Source of the DNA: Amoebophrya sp. A120
Taxonomy: Eukaryota; Protista; Dinoflagellata
Assembly (NCBI GenBank): GCA_905178155.1
Contig: CAJINV010000001.1
Coordinates: 6,762,587-6,826,586 of the forward strand
Direction of reading: 5' to 3'
Length of the DNA stretch: 64,000 bases
In this document: positions 36,738 to 45,894 of the stretch, piece by piece
How the letters are laid out: the number at the start of each line of letters is the position of its first letter
Numbering within the stretch: position 1 is the first letter of the stretch
Notes under the pieces: model-generated
Seen by the model: the letters and a program-made list of their open reading frames with translations, nothing else
Told to the model about the DNA's origin: nothing
Databases searched by the model: none
Position numbers and translations under genes: made by a program

Positions 36738-39700
36738 TCACTCTACATCCTTCAGCACTCGGTATTCCAATTCCAGAAACCCGTTGCAGAAAATGCACCC
36801 GTCCCGCTCGAAAATTCGCTGCAGCAGTACCTCCCGGCACTGGTGCCTCAAATTGCCGAGCTTCTTGTGCCAGTCGTGGCGAACGATGAGACCCAGCGGC
36901 GCCGTGAAGTACTTCGGGTGCGCAAAGTGGACATTCTGCCAGTACCGCGGCATCATACCCTCGTCGAAGCAGTAGTTGAGGCCTTTGTGGCCCTTCTTCA
37001 TGTAGTAGGAGAATCGCTCCGGGTTGTCCACTGGGACGTTGTACCAATCTTCCAGCATTTTCAAGCCCAGCGCGTCGTTCTTCACAATCCAAAAGCCGCC
37101 GTTCGCATGCGTGTTCTCCCTCCCGAACTCCTCGTAGTGGTACTCGAGGGAAAACATCATTTTCACGTCTTTTTTCTTGCACTCCTTCGGGTTGTTGTTC
37201 GTGTGCGAGACTCTGTAGTCTCCTTTCCGGAAAACTCGCTGCTTCTGCGTTTCGACTGCAGCAGCGAGGGCTTTTTCGTAGTCGCCGAAGGCTGCAGGTA
37301 CTCCTTCCAATGCCTTGTGCGGGCCAGGGTTGCCGTGCATACGGTCCCGCTCCGTTTCTATGTAGCCGTTGTCGCGGGAAAGAGCGTCGGGTGCGAGGTT
37401 TTGGTCAAATTCGGTTGGAAGTTGGCTCGTGTCTGTTGCGTGGACGAACCGTGGGCGATACTCGTCTTCCTCATCTTCAGCCCCTGCGCTTCCTTCACCA
37501 TCGAGCACTTCTTGCGAATTCAGGTCGCGGTCCTCCTCACAGTTGTCGGAATCGAAGTAGTGCGCAATTATGTCCTCCAGCTTTTCGCTGCTCCGAAAAA
37601 ACGCGTCCGTGTCGACGCTGACACCGTACGCGCACTTCTCCGGACCGTACTTTCGCAACTGGTTCTCGATAATTTTCACCTTTGCCCACCCGACTTTGCG
37701 GTTCTTGTAGTGCCGCTCCTCGTCGGGCAGGACAAACTCCAACCGGTATCCGTGCTGTTCGGCGTACAGCGCGTTCACGGCGTAAGCTAAAGAAATGTAC
37801 GACGCGTCTTCCACTACATCGAGCGTGTTCATGTGCACTGGAGGCCGGCTGTCGACCATGAAGATACATATCGGCGCGGTCCGCGCGCGGGGGAACTGAT
37901 GATCGCTTTTTGCTCCTGAGGAAACAAGACCTGGAGTTGTACTAGCGAAGACTGGGGGCGACAGCGTCGCACTTGGTGGTTGTGCCTGGTCATGACGCAG
38001 GGTAGCAAGCAGTTCTTCTAGTTCCTTCTGCACCAAGGGTCGCAGCGCACTCAAGTCTTGTCCAGACTGCGCGGAGGGTACTGGGACGCGGTTTACCAAG
38101 TCCCATGCGAGCTCCTGAACAATCGGCGTGTTTTTAGCAGAAGTAGCCGCCAGTTCCGGAAAAAGTTGCGAAAAGCTACTCGAAAGCAGTTTCGCTATAC
38201 TCACAACCTCGGACGGCAGCGGCTCTGGAAAGAGTTTCGCACGCTGGGAGCGCTTGATCGTCTTGTACACACGCTGACATTTGCAGGTATAGCGGGAGGG
38301 GGTCGAGTACCGCATGTGCTCGGCGCGCACGAGATTGTCGTCAATGAGAGCATTCAAAACCAAGTCGGCCACCTCATCCAGGCTGTGCACGCGCGTCGGC
38401 AGAAACGTCGACAAGCCCTGCTTTCCCTCGGAACAGTAGACCAAATTGCATTCTTCGGGAAGTAGGCTCGGGTCGTAGTTGGTCCTGTCACTCAGTTTTT
38501 GGTTCGAGTGGTAGGCGTAGGAAATGTGCTCCATCACTGTGAATATTGGGTACCGGAAGAACATCACGTTGGAAAAGGTGAACTGGTACATCTCCTGGTA
38601 CAACAGCAAGTAACGCTGTGACACATGGAGCCAGAAGAACAGTATCTCCTCCTGCAAGATTCTTTCCTCGACGTACAGAAAATGCGCCACCGCGAGGGCG
38701 AGAAACGCGGCAGCAAGTGGACAGTCGTAGGGATGAGTCTCAGTGGCGGAAAGGGTAGCGCGGTACTCTGCTTCTTCGCCTTTGACCCCAAACCCCCAAC
38801 GCCGAAAGAAAGCAATAATGCCAGGGCCGAACCGCTCCAACAAATTGTCCGTGGTCTTTTCAGACACGAGCGCCGCGACAGCATTTTTCTCCTCTGCAAT
38901 GCTGGACTCGTCCTCTGACACAGCCACACCTGCTTGCTCCCCACTGCACGTAGTTTCCACGGAAGTTTGGAACAAACCCTTTGCGTGATCCAACACGGCC
39001 TCGGACCGTCTCGTCGCGCCCCAGGAAGAAGTAACTAGTCTTGTGCGTTCGCGAGAATCCAGGTGAGGGTCGAGCAGTCTGTCTCGCACGGTAGCGTCCT
39101 CTCGCAGCCACTTTTCCGTGAAGCCCGGATCCCCTTGGGAAATCTCGTTGGGAGAGAGGGACGCGAGTTGGGCGTCGGACATCGAGAATAAATCCTCCAC
39201 CTCACCGATCAGATTTCCGCTTTGCTCAGAAGATGATCCCGGTACAACTTCAACCGCACACTTCGAAGACATCGCAAGCTGCTTCCGCACCAAGTCTCGG
39301 ACGATGTCCCGCCGCTCTACCGCACGGTGCGCATTCACAGCTTGTTTCTCCTCCTCACTCACTCTTCTCCGTTCGCTGACCACTTTCAACCCAGCCGCGG
39401 CGCCCGCTGTTGGGACGAAGAGCGAAATCAAAATTCCCTGCAGCACCCGCTCCAGGTCGATTTCGTGTACGTACCGACACGCTTCCGGGTTTTTCCAAAT
39501 GCTCTTCTCAATGTTCTTCCCACTTTGCGTCCGCAGCATGACCGCCTGCATGTTCGCGAGATAGGGGTAGAGGATCGCGGCCCAGCCGCTTTTGACCTGC
39601 ACTTCAAACCGCGTGTCCAAGGTTAAAGCGTACCAGTCCGTGAGCATGTCCGCGTGCTCCTCCCGGTCGAAAAACTTTTCCAGCAAGTTGATGGGCGGGA

Positions 39701-40337
39701 TCACGGACAGCATCCAAAACTTGCTGCCTAAAAATCCAAACAGGCAATCCGTGACCTGTGTCATGTTGCGGTCTGAACCGAAATTGTTCGCCATCGCAGT
39801 GATCTTTCCCAGAGTCCGGTACAGCCGCGTTTCCGGGTCCACGGGGTAGGACGCGACGTACAAAATTCTCTTCATCTGTCGCCAGTCGATCAAGAGGTCT
39901 TTGGAAAACAAACAGCTCATGCCGTCCACGTCGTCCGCGTCGCCCTTCCAACGATACTGCCGGGGCTTCCCCTCCTCGTCGTAATACACGTCGGGATCGT
40001 AAACCAGGCCGCTCCCAAGCTGGTCCCTGACCAGCGCGTTGCTGATCACCAAATCCGGCGTCTTTTCTTCGCCAACGTACTGCGGCTTGGGGCCGCGGCT
40101 TTGCAGCTCCGAGGCGTTGAGAGCAACGCGGGCATGGGAGTGCCGCACGAGGCCGTGTAAGACAACGCCGAACGAGAGAAAGAAAACGCGGAGACATGAT
40201 TGCTTTTGAGGAAAGGAGCGACAGTTTCTGTTCACCGAATGCGAAGGCCGCACAGCTTTGGACAAAGCGGCTTCTCTTCCGCAGCTGCAGTGGCAGTGGG
40301 TACAAAACGCTGAAAGACTCGTATAGGCACCTATCAT
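36738..40337 (-). CDS. Large protein with a C-terminal GT34 (GMA12/MNN10)-like glycosyltransferase domain
   Basis: AVNALYAEQHGYRL, GWAKVK, DxD motif VDTDAFF, NGGFWIVKN..LKMLEDW. A hydrophobic segment lies near the N-terminus (VFFLSFGVVLHGLV). The start codon is uncertain. Confidence 0.7.
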   Translation of the reverse strand: MIGAYTSLSAFCTHCHCSCGREAALSKAVRPSHSVNRNCRSFPQKQSCLRVFFLSFGVVLHGLVRHSHARVALNASELQSRGPKPQYVGEEKTPDLVISNALVRDQLGSGLVYDPDVYYDEEGKPRQYRWKGDADDVDGMSCLFSKDLLIDWRQMKRILYVASYPVDPETRLYRTLGKITAMANNFGSDRNMTQVTDCLFGFLGSKFWMLSVIPPINLLEKFFDREEHADMLTDWYALTLDTRFEVQVKSGWAAILYPYLANMQAVMLRTQSGKNIEKSIWKNPEACRYVHEIDLERVLQGILISLFVPTAGAAAGLKVVSERRRVSEEEKQAVNAHRAVERRDIVRDLVRKQLAMSSKCAVEVVPGSSSEQSGNLIGEVEDLFSMSDAQLASLSPNEISQGDPGFTEKWLREDATVRDRLLDPHLDSRERTRLVTSSWGATRRSEAVLDHAKGLFQTSVETTCSGEQAGVAVSEDESSIAEEKNAVAALVSEKTTDNLLERFGPGIIAFFRRWGFGVKGEEAEYRATLSATETHPYDCPLAAAFLALAVAHFLYVEERILQEEILFFWLHVSQRYLLLYQEMYQFTFSNVMFFRYPIFTVMEHISYAYHSNQKLSDRTNYDPSLLPEECNLVYCSEGKQGLSTFLPTRVHSLDEVADLVLNALIDDNLVRAEHMRYSTPSRYTCKCQRVYKTIKRSQRAKLFPEPLPSEVVSIAKLLSSSFSQLFPELAATSAKNTPIVQELAWDLVNRVPVPSAQSGQDLSALRPLVQKELEELLATLRHDQAQPPSATLSPPVFASTTPGLVSSGAKSDHQFPRARTAPICIFMVDSRPPVHMNTLDVVEDASYISLAYAVNALYAEQHGYRLEFVLPDEERHYKNRKVGWAKVKIIENQLRKYGPEKCAYGVSVDTDAFFRSSEKLEDIIAHYFDSDNCEEDRDLNSQEVLDGEGSAGAEDEEDEYRPRFVHATDTSQLPTEFDQNLAPDALSRDNGYIETERDRMHGNPGPHKALEGVPAAFGDYEKALAAAVETQKQRVFRKGDYRVSHTNNNPKECKKKDVKMMFSLEYHYEEFGRENTHANGGFWIVKNDALGLKMLEDWYNVPVDNPERFSYYMKKGHKGLNYCFDEGMMPRYWQNVHFAHPKYFTAPLGLIVRHDWHKKLGNLRHQCREVLLQRIFERDGCIFCNGFLELEYRVLKDVE

Positions 40338-41113
40338 TGCTTCAGTGTTCTCATAGATACCAGTGCGCTAGATGAGAGAAAAAGCAAATTCGAGTGAAAG
40401 ATGGGTTCTAGGCTCTCGCGTCGCGACTCGAATGCCAACTTTTCCATTTCTTGTTGTTCACCACCGTTTTTATAACTGATCAAAAAGAGGTGTAGAGAAC
40501 AACCGTTCGAGCTTCAGCACATTCTTGTAGGAAGAAAAACGGAAGCAAGCCATCCGAAGGAGTCAGCATTTTTTTTCATATCTACATCTAGAAAAACTGA
40601 TTGAATTTTGGTTTAAACAGACAAAGTGGAGCTTGTAAGTCGAAATCTACTTTATTCCCGGCCACAAGAACCACAGGGGTGTATTTCGCAGAAACTTTCT
40701 CTTCAATTCGAGCCGGTATTGATTGCCACAACGCATGGCAATCCAGAAGAATGCAAGTGACTGAAACAAGGCTCAAATAACTCTTCAATGTACGTCGATA
40801 AACAAAACTTGATGAAGTACTCAAATTCACCCAATATCAAAATTCTCGAAATCTTTGATGGGCAGCATAGCGGATCCATGCCACCCTAATTCTGCATCCG
40901 CAGAGATTGAAAATTTATGCAGCAGAGCACGAAAGAAACCTAGAGGAAAATGAATGTAGTAGATCTAGATTTGACGTATTAGATATTAACATGCCGTCCT
41001 TCCTCCTGACGTAGTGCAACACTACAAGCATCTACTTTCTCTTTCGTTTGTCAGGGAGTTTTTTGACGATCAGGAGCAATCACAGCACAAACCCTTTGAT
41101 GTCGACGTTCTTC

Positions 41114-43025
41114 TTACCACCCCCGCAGGTCAACCTCGTCTATGGTGCTGGAGTCGTCGTTGCTGCAGCCCTGATCCACGCTCCACAGCGTGGACGCGTT
41201 GGACCCCCTCCGGGCCTCCTTCCACTTCTTGCTCTTGCCGCACTTCTTGCAGGCCGCCTTCCAGGCGCAGTCCAGGCACACGTCCCACCCCACCGGCTCC
41301 GCGATCCCCAGGCCCAGGTTGAAACTCAAGTTCGCGAAAGCCTTGGTGAGCGTGGCCGTTTGGGTGCAGTGGTGGCAGTGGTAGAACGCGAGCGGGTAGC
41401 AGTTCTGGTTGTTCGACTTCTTGTTCACCATGTTGTCCTGAAAAATGAAGAAAACAAATTTAAGCTGACGCTTTTGAGGACTAAATCATTGGTAAGAGCA
41501 TGCAGAAAAAACACAAAGGAAGAACTACAAGGAGCTGTCGCTACATGGTCGAAGACGACACTAACTGCAATGAATGGGTCCTCGCCGTCGGCAAAAACAA
41601 AATACAAACCAAAATGCATAATTACTTACCTCGGCATTGCAGTCGGGTCCGTCCCGGAGTTTGTAGCGCCCGTTGTGTTCGTCGCAGTAGACGGACATGG
41701 TATCATAGGGGCTGGTCTGCTGGAAGTAGAGTTTCAGTTTGTTGTTGCAGCGCGGGCAGGTGATTTTCAGCTTTCCGTCCAGCGGGTTTGGAGGCACCAT
41801 GACGCCCGGCGGCAAATGGTAGCCATCCGGTCCGTGGTTTCCCTCGGGCTCTTCCGCGCCGAAATTCTCACGGTACTGCACATTTTCCGCGCCGGTCGCA
41901 ACGGCTTTGGAGAGAGCACCGGCGGAGCCGGTCATGAACGGAGCGGATGCTTTCGGAGCTGCCTCGTTGGAAGAGCGAGCGGTGGCGGAGTCCGAAGATG
42001 ACGCGGCTGCAGTTCCAGTTGTCCGCGGCTCCAGAGACGGCGCGACAGCGGTATCCTTATCTGTCACTTTCTCCGCATCCGTGTCTGGTTGTGCTACTTG
42101 TTCACCAGCAGCTGCGGTCGATTTCATCTCAGTTTTCTCAGTCGGTTCTTGTGGCTCCAGCCCCAGCAGATCCACCGCATCGCCCACCTGTTCGTACGAC
42201 GGGCCGCCGCTGGACGAGGCTAGATTCGGACTGGTCACGGCAGACGTAGAGGATTGCAGCGACGAGCCGGTTATGCAATGCAAAAGTATCGCACTACTAG
42301 TATTGCATTACAAATTTCCCCAGAATTACAAATCCAATTTGTAGTGCTGATTTACCTTGAAAAAGAGACTTGTAGTGCATAAATGCAATTACTACGAGTA
42401 CGATACTTTTGCACAGGATACCGGTGCCCCCCGTCTCCACCGCCGGAGAGTTTGGCGCCGTAGTTCGCGTTTCTTCATCCACCTGCACGGTCGGCGCCGC
42501 TCCACCCGCTGCCCCGGCGTTGGACAGGAAAGCACGCGGGTCGCGGCGCGGCCGCAGCCGTCCCTCCTCGCGACTGCGCGTCAACAAAAACGCCGGCGGG
42601 GGCTCCTGGAAGTTCGGTGGGGAAGCGGAGGAAATCGTGGAGGTAGCAGTCACCGGCGGCGTCAACATCGGATCAAAGTTAGTAGCCGCACTGCCCTGTT
42701 GGTCCTGAGCAGTCGCACCATCGTTGAAATCAGGTGACCACTGCTCCGGTTGTGGGAACACGCCGCTTAGCTCCTCCTCGAGGCTGCGCTCGCGAAATAC
42801 TTCCGCTAGTTCCTGGTCGGCGGTCAGCCCCAAGTCAATCAAATTTACCTCGTCTTTCGGCGTTTGCTGCAACTGCTGCGTCGAGGTCGACGGCGTGGGC
42901 GGTGCTGGAACTGCGGCCGGCTGGGACGGTAGTCCGGCACGCAACGCGTGCACTTGCTGCGTTTGGTGCAGAAGAGATGACGTGGAGGACAGCAGCAGTG
43001 TGATTCTGAGAGGAACAATCGACAT
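41114..43025 (-). CDS. Putative secreted low-complexity protein with C-terminal Cys/His-rich (Zn-binding-like) domain; interrupted by element E
   Basis: Signal-like MSIVPLRITLLLSS..VHA-LR. The frame is restored across element E (ETGGTG-SSLQSS). GT-AG intron at ~41438-41628. CPRC..CDEH..C..C..HCHHC..WDVCLDC..CKKC. Confidence 0.7.
42272..42420. mobile_element. Degenerate introner element E (149 bp), non-canonical intron
   Basis: Imperfect ~38-bp TIR: TATGCAATGCAAAAGTATCG.. versus the reverse complement of the right end, TATCCTGTGCAAAAGTATCG... Direct repeat CCGGT at 42267-42271 and 42421-42425. Removing 154 nt fuses ORFs 42297..43025 and 41561..42283 in frame. Confidence 0.9.
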
Positions 43026-43588
43026 CTTGTTTTGCGTCGTTGGTTTCTAGTTTCAAGGCGGTCTACAGTCCGAGGACAAACAGCAAAAATCAATTCCGGT
43101 TTGCTAGATTCCAAGAAAAACTACGGCGGTTGAACTTGACCACATTCGTTGTCCGAATGGAATGAAGAAATCGTGGAAAGAAACAACTACATACAATCAA
43201 GAAAAGGAGAAAAACTAAACCAAAATGAACGAAAACATCAGTAGAGGCGAACACGTTCGTGATCCTCGCATGACAGTTATCGCGCACAAGCGCGAACAGG
43301 AAAAGCTGAGCTAGTTTCAGCCTCGGATCTTTCTCCTAGCGAACTCGCTGCAAAAAAGCAAAGACCGCACGAACTTTATTCTAGCACTGGCTCGGATAGA
43401 TGCATGAGCACAGCCACGAACATACGGAGCGGGGAGACGCTCACAATGGCAATACTCTTGCCACTTCAAGCTAGTGCGACTGCAATTCAGTTTTGGTGCA
43501 AGATGCATTTTCATTTTGTTGCCATGTATACCTCCGCAACATCAACAAAGTCGAACGGAATGCGACTTGACGCAAAAACCGGCCGAAG

Positions 43589-45250
43589 TCATGCCTCCCA
43601 CAGCTTGTCAGCCTCAGCCTCTCCGCCTGTAACATAGCGCGCAAAGTCTTGCCAGTCTTTCCCCGGCCACGTGCGCTGCGTATACTCTTGCAACCGCTGA
43701 GCTAATCCCGTTTCCTGGCAGAAGGCAACAATGTCTTTGTCGCGTTTGACGCGCAGCGCCGACAAAGCAGACATTGCGTTCGTGAGATCGTGTGCCGGGC
43801 AGCCGTACTTTTGGACCTCACAGATATCCTTCACCGCACAAATTAAATCGTGCCTGCGGATAATTTCCAGGTCGATTTTGCTGAGCAAATCACGCCAAGG
43901 GGGAAGCGCAAACCGATTCACCAGATTGCTAGGATGGAAGGCAAACTCGTTGTAAAACGCAACGTCGAGACGTTCCGTGGCACAGCAAGCAGCAATCAAC
44001 TCCGCACAAAACTTATCGATCTGACTGGCCTTACCGGCGATGTTGGAAGGACACGGCCTCTTCTCAAAATAATCCAGGACAGTCCGAATGTCCACTACTC
44101 GAATTATGTGACCCAACGGAATAGAATGACCTCGCCACGCCCTTATAACAGGATTGCGATACGTATCATCCCTGGGCCAAGATGGAGAAGGGTTTCGCTT
44201 GAAAAGTAGCCCAACAACTTCGGACGTGGTAAAATTTGCAGCTCGAAGCGTTAAGGCCTGGACATCGGAACTGCTGATCGCACGCCTGTGTTTGTCGTTC
44301 CTGCAAAAGAGAAACAGTTCGCATAGTTGCTTCGCGTAACGTTCTCGTGCTTCTTGAGGAAAAAACCTTTTTTCTCTATCTAGCGAAAAATGCTTGCGCC
44401 ATTCCTCTTCCGGAAGTTCCATAATTGCTATTGTCCAATGCCACAATCCGATCGTTTGGGACAAACTTCTCAAGAAACGCTCGTGATGGCGGTGCGATGA
44501 TTGCTCCAAGACGGTAGGCAGGAGGGCATCCAAAAGATTGTCTTCCCGGCGGAACGCTTGATCCAGCCAGTACTTCATTCTGTTCCAAATGGCTTCTAGC
44601 ATTTCCCAACCTTGATCATACACAAGGTCGCGCACTTCATTCAAAGACATGGAAGCTAAGGTTTTCACCCAACGAATCCACCAAAAAGTCCCCTCCTCCT
44701 CAGGCCGCGGCTTTAGCTCTTCGTATGGAAAGCTGCTTTTCGCGTCGACCACAAACTCTAGAGACAAAACGGCCGCAGTACCATTCACGAGTATCTCGTG
44801 CTCTGCCACGTCTGCTAAAAGCTCGCTCCGATCCAAAAAACGCAACTTCGCTCCCCCGTCATCGGTCGCGTTCTCGGGTGCCTCGTCTCCGTCACCGTCT
44901 CCCTCAAGAATTTCAAAGGTAGCATTCTCGTCCCACGCATGGCTCGCATGTGATTCACCCTCGTCGTCGTCCGAGGGTGGATCACAATCCACATTGACCT
45001 TTCGCCACAAGAGCCGGTGCGTTGGCGGGAGCAGTTGCGTCTCATCGAAAAACTTCGCGATATATTCCCACGAGCACAAGTCTGCAACAGTCTTTACTTT
45101 ACTGGGATCGATCTTTACTTTCTGCGTGTCGCCATTCATATTCGATATCTGCAGCATCGTCAATTCATGTGGCGCTTCCGGAGTCGCCGCCAGTGAGGGT
45201 TCGTGCGCCGCGGACATATCCATTTCAGCTGCTGGCTCTGGCGCATCCAT
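43589..45250 (-). CDS. Hypothetical protein, possible ubiquitin-like N-terminal segment plus helical domain
   Basis: Long single ORF with first ATG at 45250 (MDAPEP). LQISNMNGDTQKVKID..TVADL weakly resembles a beta-grasp start. Confidence 0.6.
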   Translation of the reverse strand: MDAPEPAAEMDMSAAHEPSLAATPEAPHELTMLQISNMNGDTQKVKIDPSKVKTVADLCSWEYIAKFFDETQLLPPTHRLLWRKVNVDCDPPSDDDEGESHASHAWDENATFEILEGDGDGDEAPENATDDGGAKLRFLDRSELLADVAEHEILVNGTAAVLSLEFVVDAKSSFPYEELKPRPEEEGTFWWIRWVKTLASMSLNEVRDLVYDQGWEMLEAIWNRMKYWLDQAFRREDNLLDALLPTVLEQSSHRHHERFLRSLSQTIGLWHWTIAIMELPEEEWRKHFSLDREKRFFPQEARERYAKQLCELFLFCRNDKHRRAISSSDVQALTLRAANFTTSEVVGLLFKRNPSPSWPRDDTYRNPVIRAWRGHSIPLGHIIRVVDIRTVLDYFEKRPCPSNIAGKASQIDKFCAELIAACCATERLDVAFYNEFAFHPSNLVNRFALPPWRDLLSKIDLEIIRRHDLICAVKDICEVQKYGCPAHDLTNAMSALSALRVKRDKDIVAFCQETGLAQRLQEYTQRTWPGKDWQDFARYVTGGEAEADKLWEA

Positions 45251-45894
45251 GTTTTCGCTTTTGGTTATTTCATCAATGACGGAGAATGATGGCGAGGCGG
45301 AGGATTTCGAAAACAAACTGAATAAAAAAACTTTCTAAGGGACAATCAGAAAACGTTAACGTGCACAAGTTGCGTATAGTTTTGGAGTAGATCTCCTAAG
45401 TTTCACATTTACCTTTTTCAATGAGCTGAATCTTGAAGTACAATCACCGGATGAGCAAGCGTGAAGTTCTTGACACAACGACAGGGAAGGTAATCAGGGA
45501 CCACACACAACAGGGAAGAAGACTTTTTCCATGTGCGATTTTCTTTTTTGAACCTAATGGTGAAACAAAATAAAACGTGCCGCGGGTGGTCCAAAGATGG
45601 ATCTCGCTATTTGCAGGAGCATGTCGGAAAGAATGTCATCTGTGTTCAAGTGCAATCTTCGAGATGCTTTAAGCTATTGATCATGGGGACATGAATATGA
45701 AACCAGTTGGCGCACATTCGTCTGTCAATGCTCGGCAAGAAACTCGTGAAAATTCGGAACTTGGATGGATGTTTATACAGCTGACTTCCAGGTACACAAA
45801 AGCACAGCTGAGTTCCAGCTACACAGCGTTCATTTGCAGATGACGGGTTCGCAACTCGTGCCCTGAGTTCGACTACAAGGTGGAAGTGCCGCTC

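Noticed and set aside
36678-37790. Long plus-strand ORFs (e.g. 36678..37790, 4789..5712, 41048..42001, 25989..26750, 47238..47990)
   Set aside because: They are antisense shadows of recognisable minus-strand genes with biased codon use and show no motifs of their own.
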